Of a stretch of 30,238 nt of DNA, positions 17,565 through 27,525 are shown one piece after another. Numbering within the stretch: the first letter of the stretch is position 1; every line of letters starts with the position of its first letter. The notes beneath the pieces were generated by a model. That model did not search any database and was not told where the DNA came from. It saw nothing but the letters and a program-made list of their open reading frames with translations. The stretch comes from Candidatus Zixiibacteriota bacterium (lineage in GTDB: Bacteria; Zixibacteria; MSB-5A5; UBA10806; 4484-95). The position numbers were made by a program, and so were the translations under genes. The DNA lies in NCBI GenBank assembly GCA_029932605.1, contig JAOZPT010000006.1, forward strand, positions 38,284 through 68,521. Reading direction: 5' to 3'.

Positions 17565-18859
17565 GGTTTTCCTTTCCTGAAATCAATTTGTTTACTTATA
17601 TCGCCGTCATACGGGTATTGTAACGTATATTCGCCGTAACCTTTTTCATCTATAAACAAAAATCTCTGTCGGAGTTTGTAATAATACCAGATTTCATAGG
17701 GTCTAACATCTATATCGAATGGATGACGTTCGATGTCATCAGGTTCACCGTAGATAATATGAATCCTGCCCATATCGGTTTTCCAGCCATCTTTCCCGGG
17801 AAGACTGTAATATTTATTTGAATAAGCGATGCGTCGATAATATTCATCCCTCAATTCATTTTCCTGTGTGCCAGGGCTGGGATCGCGTGATTTCCAGAAT
17901 TCATTCCATAATTGAATTATTTTATCTTTACCCGCATTGCGAAGTTTATCCATTTCCTTTGAATTGGCGATGTATCTTAACTGATCAATGGCTATATCAA
18001 TATCATATTCCACCATTGCCAAGCCAGATAAAGCTATTTTGAAATTACCGCTTGTAGAAACAGTTTTACCCTTCTTAGAAGTTTGATCTTTTATCACTAA
18101 ATTATAATAACCTGGTTTGAGTTTCTCTAAGCTAAGCTTACCAACGAAACCGTTCAGCTTAGTTATTTTACTGCAAACAGTATCCGATGCCACATAATTA
18201 TTTTTGTTGTCTAAAACCTCGAAAATAAAATATGTGGTGTCCCCCACCTGCTTGTCGGAGTAATATTCATAATAATACTTAAGTTCGTTATTGCTATCGC
18301 CATAAATTCTGGAGCATGAAGGAATCACTTTCCAGGGACTTTTATCAAAGACATTAGGTTCACCGGCTTCGGATATTTCACGGGCGAACTCTATTGATGA
18401 AAACATCGGTATTTTTGATTTATAATCAGGTAAAACCAGGTTAGTTTTTAAAGGCAATGATGTGCCAGCATTTGAATCGTTTAAGGTGATCTCTATTTTA
18501 TACTTGCCCGGTTTTAAAAAAAACTTGAACGAGTTTATGAGAAAATCTTCGGGATTTGATGCTTTTTCAAAGGTTTCTTTGTATAAAAATCCTTCAGTTT
18601 CGCTTGCTGTAATCTGCTTTCTACCTTTTTTTATAACGGCGTTTACGCTGTAATTGGCGACATATTTACCATTCTTGCGGATATGTAATAGTTTTGATGT
18701 GTAGATCTGATAATATACTTCCAACTTCACAAGGTCAGTACTATCGGAGGCGAACGAAGCGAAATCCACGTAAAAAGCCGAATTTTGTGTCCCCTGGAAT
18801 GACCAGGTTGGAATGGATAAAACTAATATAGTTATTATGCTCATTATCCTGTTTAACAA
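17561..18859 (-). CDS. GWxTD-domain exported protein
   Basis: Signal peptide, FWKSRDPSPGTQENE, YYRRIAYSN, GWKTDMGRIHIIYGEP, EIWYY. TTG start behind GGGAGA. Confidence 0.9.
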   Translation of the reverse strand: MLNRIMSIITILVLSIPTWSFQGTQNSAFYVDFASFASDSTDLVKLEVYYQIYTSKLLHIRKNGKYVANYSVNAVIKKGRKQITASETEGFLYKETFEKASNPEDFLINSFKFFLKPGKYKIEITLNDSNAGTSLPLKTNLVLPDYKSKIPMFSSIEFAREISEAGEPNVFDKSPWKVIPSCSRIYGDSNNELKYYYEYYSDKQVGDTTYFIFEVLDNKNNYVASDTVCSKITKLNGFVGKLSLEKLKPGYYNLVIKDQTSKKGKTVSTSGNFKIALSGLAMVEYDIDIAIDQLRYIANSKEMDKLRNAGKDKIIQLWNEFWKSRDPSPGTQENELRDEYYRRIAYSNKYYSLPGKDGWKTDMGRIHIIYGEPDDIERHPFDIDVRPYEIWYYYKLRQRFLFIDEKGYGEYTLQYPYDGDISKQIDFRKGKP

Positions 18860-18879
18860 AATTATCTCCCTTTTATTTT

Positions 18880-18908
18880 TATAACGTTACAATTATCCAT
18901 TTGTTCTT
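18880..18908 (-). promoter_or_regulatory. ECF sigma-type promoter for the GWxTD pair
   Basis: Minus strand AAGAAC-N16-CGTTATA just upstream of the RBS. Confidence 0.6.
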
Positions 18909-19036
18909 TTTTATGATAATATTCGTGAGATTTCAATTGTTTCTTTTGGATTTTGCATTTTTTAGAGTTTTTTTTCAATTAATTATTTACAAGTATCAGT
19001 TATAGTTTCCACTGAAATATTTTTACGTCGTTTATT

Positions 19037-20278
19037 TTATTCATAACGCAGGCATTCTATGGGGTCAAGTCGTGAGGCGCGGGCGGCCGGATACATTCCA
19101 AAAATGAGAGCCACACCTACTGAAAAACTAAAACCTATTATAACCCAGAGTACTGGTACAACAGCGGGCAAAGGTGAAATCAGGGCTATAAATTGAGACA
19201 ATAGAATACCACAGATGATTCCCATAACACCTCCAAAACCGGATAATGTTATAGCCTCGATTAAAAACTGCCATAATATATTTGAACGTTTGGCTCCGAC
19301 AGCTTTACGTATGCCAATCTCCTTGGTGCGCTCGGTAACCGAGACAAGCATGATATTCATCACTCCAACGCCACCGACAAGAAGACCGATTGAAGAGATG
19401 ACAATCATAACCAGCCACACGGCCTGGGTAAGAGAGGTCCATATCTCCATTAGGTTTTCTTGGGTGAAGATAGCGAAGTTGTTTTCATCATTATACTTGA
19501 GACCACGGCGGCGGCGCATGAGGTCGGTAATTTGGTCAATGGCTTCTTGTAGTAGTTCAGGACTTCTAGCCTTACAGGCAAGCCATAACTCAACCTCTTC
19601 AGGATGGATTTTTTTAAAAGTACCATAAGGGATAAGGATGAAATTATTTTCTCTACTGCCCATTATCGTTTCCCGTTTTTCCATGACACCGATAACTAAA
19701 AATTTGTCGTTATTCACAAGTATCTCCTTGTTAATCGGGTCAGTATGCGGGAAAAGAGCCTTGGCAACATCATCACCTATAACACACACAAAAGAACGAT
19801 ATTTTACATCAGTGTCAGTGATAAACCGACCATTTTCTACAAAAAAATTATTGACTTTTTCGTAATCCGGCAGGGTTCCAAAAAATGAAGGGTATCTGGC
19901 TTTGTTTTCTTTGTATTTGGCGATGTTTCCTCCGCGTTGAGTAAAATAATTCTGTGGTGAAACAGCTTCAACAGCCGGACAGAAACGCATTATGGCCTGA
20001 GCATCCTCAAAAGTTATCCCTGGTCGATTGCGCTCGGAAGAACTTCGCCGACCGGTTTGTATTCCCGGTTTATATTTTGAAACATATATAACATTAGAGC
20101 CAAGACTTTCGATCTGTTTTGACATGGAACTATTTAGCCCCTCAATTAGCGAAACCATACCGATGATAGCAGTTACTCCGACCAGGACACCAAGAATGGT
20201 TAAAAAGGAGCGCAGCTTGTGAGCCCTTATCGTTCCCAGAGCCATTATCAGGCTTTCTTTTAGTTCCAGCAAATGCAT
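19037..20278 (-). CDS. MacB/FtsX-type ABC permease (no fused NBD)
   Basis: RSFLTILGVLVGV, large periplasmic domain, VGGVGVMNIMLVSVTERTKEIGIRKAVGA, PAARASRLDPIECLRYE. Confidence 0.93.
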   Translation of the reverse strand: MHLLELKESLIMALGTIRAHKLRSFLTILGVLVGVTAIIGMVSLIEGLNSSMSKQIESLGSNVIYVSKYKPGIQTGRRSSSERNRPGITFEDAQAIMRFCPAVEAVSPQNYFTQRGGNIAKYKENKARYPSFFGTLPDYEKVNNFFVENGRFITDTDVKYRSFVCVIGDDVAKALFPHTDPINKEILVNNDKFLVIGVMEKRETIMGSRENNFILIPYGTFKKIHPEEVELWLACKARSPELLQEAIDQITDLMRRRRGLKYNDENNFAIFTQENLMEIWTSLTQAVWLVMIVISSIGLLVGGVGVMNIMLVSVTERTKEIGIRKAVGAKRSNILWQFLIEAITLSGFGGVMGIICGILLSQFIALISPLPAVVPVLWVIIGFSFSVGVALIFGMYPAARASRLDPIECLRYE

Positions 20279-20368
20279 TTTAATAATTTAGTTCAACTTC
20301 TGATAGAGTAAGAATTATTACAATACAAGTATTTTATTAGACCCCCTATCATTCATGGAAATATAAAC

Positions 20369-21586
20369 CTATTCATACCTCAAACACTCCACCGGGTCAA
20401 GTCTGGCGGCTCTCATGGCAGGGAATATGCCAAAGAACAACCCTACCGATGAGGCAATTCCCAACCCAGCTAAAATAGCCCATGTTTCTATGGTGGCGGG
20501 CAAGGGTGTTTGTGCCCCGACAAGTAAGGCTAAACCACACCCCAGACCAACACCGATGGTTCCTCCCAGAAGAGAGAGAGTTACTGACTCAACTAAAAAC
20601 TGCCAGAGTATGTCACGCCGTTTGGCGCCGATGGCTTTTCTTATCCCGATTTCGTGTGTCCTTTCTGTTACCGATACCAGCATTATATTCATGATTACGA
20701 TCCCCCCAACCACGAGTGATATACTTGAGATACCTATAAGCACAATCCAGGCACCATTTACAAAATTGTTATAAAGCTCCATTAGGGAAGCAGCGGTATA
20801 TATACCAAAACTATCAGGGTCTTTGTATTTATCGCCACGACGGTTGCGAAGGATAACCCGGACCTGGTCCTGAGCCTCCTCCATATCGGAAACAGATTTT
20901 GCCATTATGTATATTTCAACACTTCGACGCCTGCCGAAATATTTCTCAAATGTTCTGATGGGCAATACAATCCAATTATCCTGATTTTGCCCCAGAAAGG
21001 AACCTCTCTTTGTGCCAACACCAATAATACGCAGATAATAATTACCCACTTTTATATTTTTATTTATTGGATCTATTCCGGGGAAAAGGTTATCTGCAAT
21101 CTCTGGACCTATAACGCAAACAGCTCGACGGTGTTTTTCATCGGAATTGGTAAAATTACGGCCGGTAGCAATATCGACATCCGATATATCGATATAGTTG
21201 TGCGTAACACCCATAACATCGACATCTTCAAGGTATTGAGCACCATATTTAACATGTCTTCGGGTATATACCGAACCTCCCACATCATAACATAAAGAAC
21301 AATAACGCCTGACCGCATTCATATCATCAAGGGTTAGTTTTTTACGTTTTCGAGCCTCCATCCAATCTTCATGGGAAGTTATTATACCATATCGGTCAAT
21401 GACGAATGTCGAGGAACCCATAGAGTTGATTTTGTTAGCTACATATTTGTTCATGCCGTTGATGACCGAGACCACGGTAATGACTGTTGTTACACCTATT
21501 ACGATGCCAATGAGGGTAAGTATGGCTCGTAATTTATTAGCATATATTGCTCGCAGAGCTATTATGATTCCTTCAAGTAACCGCAT
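20369..21586 (-). CDS. MacB/FtsX-type ABC permease (second paralog)
   Basis: NKLRAILTLIGIVIGV, VGGIVIMNIMLVSVTERTHEIGIRKAIGA, LDPVECLRYE. Start set at ATG 21586 to match paralog length and avoid overlap. Confidence 0.92.
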   Translation of the reverse strand: MRLLEGIIIALRAIYANKLRAILTLIGIVIGVTTVITVVSVINGMNKYVANKINSMGSSTFVIDRYGIITSHEDWMEARKRKKLTLDDMNAVRRYCSLCYDVGGSVYTRRHVKYGAQYLEDVDVMGVTHNYIDISDVDIATGRNFTNSDEKHRRAVCVIGPEIADNLFPGIDPINKNIKVGNYYLRIIGVGTKRGSFLGQNQDNWIVLPIRTFEKYFGRRRSVEIYIMAKSVSDMEEAQDQVRVILRNRRGDKYKDPDSFGIYTAASLMELYNNFVNGAWIVLIGISSISLVVGGIVIMNIMLVSVTERTHEIGIRKAIGAKRRDILWQFLVESVTLSLLGGTIGVGLGCGLALLVGAQTPLPATIETWAILAGLGIASSVGLFFGIFPAMRAARLDPVECLRYE

Positions 21587-21602
21587 GATACTTACATGTG
21601 TT

Positions 21603-22295
21603 TTAATCGGATGGTTTGTTGATTGTTTCCTCTTTTTCAACCAAACCGTCGCGTATATATATTATTCGATCGGCATAAGAAGCAATGTCGTGTTCATGGG
21701 TGACGATGATTACTGTGTTGCCGGTTTTATGCAGTTGAGATAATAATTGCATGATTTCTTTTCCGGTTTTAGTATCGAGGTTACCTGTGGGCTCATCAGC
21801 CAGTATTAAAGAGGGGTTGTTCACAAGAGCCCGGGCAATTGCCACTCTCTGACGTTGGCCACCGGATAGTTCGTTTGGTTTGTGGTTCATCCTATCGGCC
21901 AAGTCAACCAACTCTAAAGCTCTTTTGGATTTTTTAATTCTATCGTTAGTATGGGTGCTGTTATAAATCAGTGGAAGTTCTACGTTACGTAGGGCGCTTA
22001 CTCGTGGCAGAAGATTAAATGTTTGGAAAATAAAGCCGATTTCTTTATTCCGGATAAATGCCAGCTCATCATCGTTCATCGATGAAACCTTGCGGTTGCT
22101 TAAAAAGTATTCACCTTTTGTTGGGGTATCAAGGCAACCGATTAAGTTCATGAGCGTTGATTTTCCCGAGCCAGATGGTCCCATTATGGCAATGTATTCA
22201 CCTTTTGCTATTTTCAGGCTTACTCCTCTTAAGGCAAGCACCTTTTCTGAGCCCATGTCGTATATTTTCCATATATCTCTGGTTTCAATTAACAC
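21603..22295 (-). CDS. ABC ATP-binding subunit (LolD/MacB-NBD type)
   Basis: [42 protein letters not shown] start behind AGGAG. Confidence 0.95.
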   Translation of the reverse strand: MLIETRDIWKIYDMGSEKVLALRGVSLKIAKGEYIAIMGPSGSGKSTLMNLIGCLDTPTKGEYFLSNRKVSSMNDDELAFIRNKEIGFIFQTFNLLPRVSALRNVELPLIYNSTHTNDRIKKSKRALELVDLADRMNHKPNELSGGQRQRVAIARALVNNPSLILADEPTGNLDTKTGKEIMQLLSQLHKTGNTVIIVTHEHDIASYADRIIYIRDGLVEKEETINKPSD

Positions 22296-22398
22296 AACTA
22301 CTCCTTAACGAATTTCCCGGGTCAATGGTTTTTTTGAATATAGAATAGCTGCGAGCTTAACAATTATTTCCTCGATTCCGGGTAGTGCGTTTATTTTT

Positions 22399-23682
22399 TC
22401 ACCTCTTTGCTGATGTTTTTGCTTTTGATTTTCCCTGTTTCTTGCCATCTTTAGCCTTAACCTTATCGCCATTTTTTAAAGTTCTAAGGGTTTTATATGA
22501 ACCAGTTACGATTTTTTGACCTTCTTTTAAACCGGATTTGATCTCAATATATTGCTGATCGGAGATACCGGTTTTTACAGGTACAAATTTAACTGTTTTA
22601 TCTTCAACTACAAACACTCCATCAATCTCTTTCTTCTCTTTATCATTATCTATGTCTTCGTCTTCCTTATTTTCTTTGGTTGTATCGGTATTTGAAGTGG
22701 TGGAGTCGATTGAGGTGTTTTGCTCCAAGTCTAATTTGTCCTCGGTGGGGATACGCATTACAACTGCCTGAATCGGTATCTTGACTATGTCCTGCTGAAT
22801 ATTAGTTGTGATGTCTACCGAAGCGTTCATTCCTGGTTTTATGTCAGGGACTTTATCTATAAAAAGGATTGTGACCTCGAAATTGGTGACCTGGTCCTGG
22901 TTTGTCAACAAGGAGGTTTTGGCGGCATTGCCAATTTTGGTGACCTTGCCGTTAAAAGTTGTATCTGGAAAAGCGTCCAAAGATATTTTAACATCCTGGT
23001 CTAATGCAAGCTGGGCAATATCGGTTTCATCGACCTCGGCTTTAACCACAATTTCGGAAAGGTCAGAGATGACCATTATCACGGTACCGGGGTTGTTCAT
23101 TGTCCCAACTATAACATTTTCACCAACTTCAGAATTAAGCTGGGTGATTGTACCAGCCATTGGTGCCCGAATTGTGCATTTATCAAGCTGGTCTAATGCT
23201 CTATCGAGGTTAGCTTTATATTGTTTGAATACTGCCTTGGCCCTCTCGAGGTTTGTTCGGGCAAGATCATATTCTGCCTGTGAGATCAGGTTCTGGTCGT
23301 AAAGTTTTTGTTTACGCTGAAAATTGATATTAGCCTGTTCCTGGTCAACCTTAGCGGAAGCCAGCATCGCTCGCATCTGGGTAACCTCTGTAAGTTTTTG
23401 TGTCTTGTCTATCTCCACGAGAAGCTGGTTTTTTTCCACAACCTGTCCCTCAACTACCGGCATGTTAACAATCCTGCCCATAACATCAGCAGAGATATTT
23501 ACTTTAGTCTTCGCCTCCACTTTGCCGTTAGCGGTGACGATTGATATAATTTTCCCCTTCTTAACTGTTTCGATTGTTACAGGAATCAGTTTCTCCTGGT
23601 TTTTAACTATGGCAAGTATTATGAATACAGCAAAGATTAAAACTCCAGTAATGATTAATATTAATTTTTTCTTTTTAGCCAT
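22399..23682 (-). CDS. Periplasmic adaptor / membrane fusion protein (MacA/YknX-like)
   Basis: N-terminal TM anchor, lipoyl halves (VVEGQVVEKNQLL, IRAPMAGTI), alpha hairpin, VDETDI, IKPGM, VKTGIS. Confidence 0.92.
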   Translation of the reverse strand: MAKKKKLILIITGVLIFAVFIILAIVKNQEKLIPVTIETVKKGKIISIVTANGKVEAKTKVNISADVMGRIVNMPVVEGQVVEKNQLLVEIDKTQKLTEVTQMRAMLASAKVDQEQANINFQRKQKLYDQNLISQAEYDLARTNLERAKAVFKQYKANLDRALDQLDKCTIRAPMAGTITQLNSEVGENVIVGTMNNPGTVIMVISDLSEIVVKAEVDETDIAQLALDQDVKISLDAFPDTTFNGKVTKIGNAAKTSLLTNQDQVTNFEVTILFIDKVPDIKPGMNASVDITTNIQQDIVKIPIQAVVMRIPTEDKLDLEQNTSIDSTTSNTDTTKENKEDEDIDNDKEKKEIDGVFVVEDKTVKFVPVKTGISDQQYIEIKSGLKEGQKIVTGSYKTLRTLKNGDKVKAKDGKKQGKSKAKTSAKR

Positions 23683-23694
23683 AGTAACTCCCTT

Positions 23695-24996
23695 TTATCT
23701 GCCCATCGCTTTTTCAAGACGGGATACAGCGAGATTATAATCAAACATTGCCTGCACCTGATTGGTTTGAGCTTGCTTGAATGAAACCTCAGCATCCAGT
23801 ACCTCAATTATGGTTGCCGCTCCAAGGTTATATTTTTCTTTTACGATATTTAGATCCTCCAGGGCAGCTTCCACCGATTCCTTATTTAGTTTCAATTTTT
23901 CAAGGTTCTGTTGAACGTTAAGGTACGCCTGTTTAACCTCTAAAGCGACTGCGTTTTTTGAATATTTAAGGTTTTCCTCTTGTGTTTTTGCGTATTTTTT
24001 CCTGCTCACTAAGTACGAAAGATCGTTAAAATTGTTAAAGATATTGTATGAGAGTGTAATACCGAAATAATAGCTTGCATCATTCTTTTCAAAATTAAGA
24101 AGCTGGTTGGTTTCATCAACTGCAGTAGAATGAGACAGGTAAAATCTTAATGTGGGTAAAAAATTCGCCTTTGCCATCCACGATTCTGCTTTGGCCATCT
24201 CCAAGTCATAGATTGCCTTACGGTAAGATGGGTTATTGGTTAAGGCTTCGTTAAGAGCTTGATTGTAGCTTATGTTGAAAGATCTCTGTGGTAAATCCTC
24301 AACCACTTCTATCTCCTCGGTTATATCGATCCCCATATTGAAATTCAGGTTGGCTTTACTTATGCTATAGTTATTTTCAGCTGTAATCAAGTCGAGCTGG
24401 GCGTTACTGCGTAGAACCTTGGCTTTAAGTACATCGGAAAGCGAAACCGAGCCAAGTTCATATTTGCTCTGAGCAACTTTTAATTGTTCCAGGCTGCGTT
24501 TTACAGCGTCTTTATACACATCAACCAGCATCTTTGCTTTTATCAAATTAAAATAAGCTTCTTTTATGGTCTGGATCATTTCATTTTGGGTGCTAATGTA
24601 GTTATAGAAGTATGAATATTTTTGAGCGTGTTTTTGCTTGATATTTGCATAAGTTGCCAGACCTAGCCCCGTAAACGACTGAATAAATGAAAGATTTCCG
24701 CCATATTCAACACTTATACCAGCCCCAGGAATGTAAACCCCTTTGATGCGCCGGTAATATGGTGACCAGCTTTCAGAGCGGTCGGTGGATATTGATATCG
24801 ATGGCAGAAGCTGGCCATAAGACGAGTAAACATCCCAGCGTGCCGCATCGTAACTGTTCTTAGCCGAGATAACCCCGAAATTATTTTTCAAAGCTATTTC
24901 AATGCATTTTTCAAGTGTGTAAGGTTCTGATTGGGCGTTGACGGAAAATGCTATCGTCGATAAAACCACAATACAAAAACGGAGTTTCCAGCTCAT
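23695..24996 (-). CDS. TolC-family outer membrane efflux channel
   Basis: Signal peptide, TLEKCIEIALKNN, duplicated KYELG/KYNLG repeats, C-terminal LEKAMG. Confidence 0.92.
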   Translation of the reverse strand: MSWKLRFCIVVLSTIAFSVNAQSEPYTLEKCIEIALKNNFGVISAKNSYDAARWDVYSSYGQLLPSISISTDRSESWSPYYRRIKGVYIPGAGISVEYGGNLSFIQSFTGLGLATYANIKQKHAQKYSYFYNYISTQNEMIQTIKEAYFNLIKAKMLVDVYKDAVKRSLEQLKVAQSKYELGSVSLSDVLKAKVLRSNAQLDLITAENNYSISKANLNFNMGIDITEEIEVVEDLPQRSFNISYNQALNEALTNNPSYRKAIYDLEMAKAESWMAKANFLPTLRFYLSHSTAVDETNQLLNFEKNDASYYFGITLSYNIFNNFNDLSYLVSRKKYAKTQEENLKYSKNAVALEVKQAYLNVQQNLEKLKLNKESVEAALEDLNIVKEKYNLGAATIIEVLDAEVSFKQAQTNQVQAMFDYNLAVSRLEKAMGR

Positions 24997-25012
24997 AAAT
25001 CTCTCCTTTTAT

Positions 25013-25756
25013 TTACATCCCAAAACGACTGAAAAAGCCTGAAAAAGCTGTGCTTATCGCTATCCAGATACACCACAATAGACCAATCGTAATGTATGCT
25101 TTTGTCAAACTGAACCTGTAAATTACGGCAAAACCTGTTGCGAAAACAGCCAGGAACCAGATTGTGAAGATGTTGAAATTTGCTAAAAATGCATAGATGG
25201 TGGTGTCGATTGAATCGTCGGGTAACAATAGTGCTGGCGATAGTGAAATACTCATCGAATTTTTAATCATGGCCAGCGGGAATGTGATTATAACAGATAA
25301 TGCAAGAATAAATGTTGACCAGGCAAAGACAGAAAGCACTTTTTTATAAGAGGCATCACCACCGAGAATGACTGTACCTATAAAATAAAATATGAAAACC
25401 AAGAGGAAATAGAAAACTACGGGAATGAATATTATCTGTGATATTAAAGTTATAACCCGCTGGGTATTAACATTTTCGGTAAGTTGTTGTTCGATAGCCT
25501 GCAACTGTTCGGTGGATATATTAGGATTGTTTCTAATCATCTCCAACTGTTTATCTATTAGCATAGGAAACAACAACTGAGTTGATAAAATCGTTATACA
25601 GACCATGATTATTACGGGCACAAGCCATGATGGTTGTCTGTCCAAAGACTCGAATGTCTTGCGCGGGTTGGTAAAAATGTTTATTAATCTATCCCAGAAA
25701 CCAAGTTCAAGACCCGTTGTTTCGATAGTAGCTTGATTTTGGTCGTTGCTCTCCAT
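25013..25756 (-). CDS. Yip1-domain membrane protein (YknW-like)
   Basis: IFTNPRKTFESL..PSWLVP, GGDASYKKVLSV, NIFTIW, about 5 TM. ATG 25756 lies 5 nt from AGGAG. Confidence 0.85.
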   Translation of the reverse strand: MESNDQNQATIETTGLELGFWDRLINIFTNPRKTFESLDRQPSWLVPVIIMVCITILSTQLLFPMLIDKQLEMIRNNPNISTEQLQAIEQQLTENVNTQRVITLISQIIFIPVVFYFLLVFIFYFIGTVILGGDASYKKVLSVFAWSTFILALSVIITFPLAMIKNSMSISLSPALLLPDDSIDTTIYAFLANFNIFTIWFLAVFATGFAVIYRFSLTKAYITIGLLWCIWIAISTAFSGFFSRFGM

Positions 25757-25784
25757 CACCACTCCTTTCCTGTTTGGTAGTTTC

Positions 25785-25813
25785 TATAACGAAAACCTTG
25801 CAAAAAAGTTTCA
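25785..25813 (-). promoter_or_regulatory. ECF (sigmaW-like) promoter for the Yip1-TolC-Mac operon
   Basis: Minus strand TGAAAC-N16-CGTTATA, about 15 nt before the RBS. Confidence 0.7.
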
Positions 25814-26153
25814 ATCCTTTACGTTTCTCAAATTAATATACATTATAAGAATAAAAATATTCAAATATTTTTGAAATATTAAGAATATTTTAATCTTAAA
25901 TAATTTGAGCTTGCGTTTATGGATCAAATCCGATAAACAGTTTAGGAATTTAGCCCCAGATATAACCTGGGCATGCCTATAAAAAACCTGAGCTGAAGTT
26001 TTATGACCGTAAATTATAACCGAAAGAGGTTTGTTATCTTGCGGTCTGTTTACACAGAGAGATTGTTCTGCTATTCACTCAGATTTTTGGCAATGACCGG
26101 TAAAGTTAACCTATGTTATACAATCCATCCCAATTGGAATTAGCAATTATTTA

Positions 26154-26885
26154 TTATTTTAACTTGAATTCGATTTTGTAGGCAACCCAGACAGCTACTG
26201 GTTGGCCATTGGATATGGCTGGTTTCCAGAGTGTCTTTTTGGCAGCTTCGATTGCTGCTTCCTCAAAACCGGCTTTTGCTCCAGAATCTTTTACGATAAT
26301 GACATCCCGAACCTTGCCCTCTTTATCGACGAGAGCTTTAACCCAAACAACGCCCTCGATACTTGCACGTCGAGCCATTTCCGGGTAAACGGGCTGAACA
26401 ACTTCAATTTGTTGGGGAGGTTCTTCATAAGCCACGAATTCATCCGGTGTAGGTAGAAGTTCATCGAGGTCTTCGATTATGATTTCTTTATCGCCCACTT
26501 CATCAATATCGGTGATTGGTGGTGGTGCGGCCATTGATGCGAGTTCGTCCATGGTGGCGTATTCAACATCCTCTGGTGCCTCCTCATCGGGTACGGGAGT
26601 GGGAACTCCGACCGATGGCAGGGCTCTTTCTGGAGCAACAACCCTTACCGGGATATCTTTAGCGGATAGAGTGGGTGGCGTACCGAGTTCTGCTGCTGTT
26701 TTTAAAACTATGGTTCCAGCAGTCTCAGGTGGTTTTGCTGATAGTTTACTGACAAAAACAATACTGCCGATTACAATAAGATGAAAAGCACAGGCTACTA
26801 ATATGCCAATCGCCATGTTTTTTCGATAGACCCGTTTGAGCTCAAAGTTGCCATAACCGGCCAGAATGGAAGGTACTTTATTCAT
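26154..26885 (-). CDS. tonB: TonB-family energy transducer
   Basis: YGNFELKRVY, TM helix with His (ACAFH), Pro/acidic linker, C-terminal PVYPEMARRASIEGVV..WKPA..GQPV. Start set at ATG 26885, overlapping the exbD stop. Confidence 0.9.
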   Translation of the reverse strand: MNKVPSILAGYGNFELKRVYRKNMAIGILVACAFHLIVIGSIVFVSKLSAKPPETAGTIVLKTAAELGTPPTLSAKDIPVRVVAPERALPSVGVPTPVPDEEAPEDVEYATMDELASMAAPPPITDIDEVGDKEIIIEDLDELLPTPDEFVAYEEPPQQIEVVQPVYPEMARRASIEGVVWVKALVDKEGKVRDVIIVKDSGAKAGFEEAAIEAAKKTLWKPAISNGQPVAVWVAYKIEFKLK

Positions 26886-27510
26886 TATTTTCCCCTTGCT
26901 TAGCTGGGACCATTCCCATGGCCTCTTTGGCTTTCTCAATTAATTGAAACTCCCAGAGAGTCATATCCTGAAGACTGAACCTGTAAGACCATTCAGGGTC
27001 TGCCGCATATCTTACTCCCTTGAATTCAAACCCTGATTTGAAATTTTTTTCTACCACCTGAATTTCATCAATGATATCCACCATCATTTCATACTTGCAG
27101 GCTTTATCGATCCTTAGCACTGTTACCAACTTAGGTACATCAAGATTTTTCTGAGTAAGGAAATCCCGCAGATTTTTAAGTTCAATATATTCTGGCAATT
27201 TCATATCGGGTTGTCCCTTGGGAGTGTGCATCCAGAATATGTTACCTTCGGCATCAACAAGTATCTCTAAAAGTTTAGATTTGGCTACCGGAATTGGGGG
27301 CGCTTCCCCTTCTTTTGGTTTTGGAGGAAGATTGATCTCCATTGATTGAGGCATTGAAAAAATCGTTGTCACCATATAGAATATCAAAAGTAGAAAAGCG
27401 ATATCAACCATTGGAGTCATATCAATCCTGATACCAATACGTCTCTTGGGTCGCTTTAAACCGCCTTTTTTAGCTTTAACTTCTCTTTGTGGTTGGTCAA
27501 CAACTCCCAT
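26878..27510 (-). CDS. exbD: ExbD/TolR-family protein
   Basis: IDMTPMVDIAFLLLIFYM TM motif with the conserved Asp. AGGAGGT RBS. Has a C-terminal extension. Confidence 0.9.
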   Translation of the reverse strand: MGVVDQPQREVKAKKGGLKRPKRRIGIRIDMTPMVDIAFLLLIFYMVTTIFSMPQSMEINLPPKPKEGEAPPIPVAKSKLLEILVDAEGNIFWMHTPKGQPDMKLPEYIELKNLRDFLTQKNLDVPKLVTVLRIDKACKYEMMVDIIDEIQVVEKNFKSGFEFKGVRYAADPEWSYRFSLQDMTLWEFQLIEKAKEAMGMVPAKQGENNE

Positions 27511-27525
27511 TTGGTATCACCTCCT

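Noticed and set aside
22306..22333. Third ECF-like AAC-N17-CGTTA before the ABC ATPase
   Set aside because: The -35 is only an A-run, the spacer differs, and the -10 abuts the RBS so the transcript would lack it.
25929..25936. TCCGATAA as another sigma28 -10
   Set aside because: There is no TAAA at the right distance and it points antisense to the flanking genes.
25953..26111. GCCCCAG/CTGGGC hairpin and a loose direct repeat ATGACC(G)GTAAA..TAACC downstream of tonB
   Set aside because: The stem is short with no U-tract on the coding strand and the repeat match is loose. Too weak to call a terminator or repeat.
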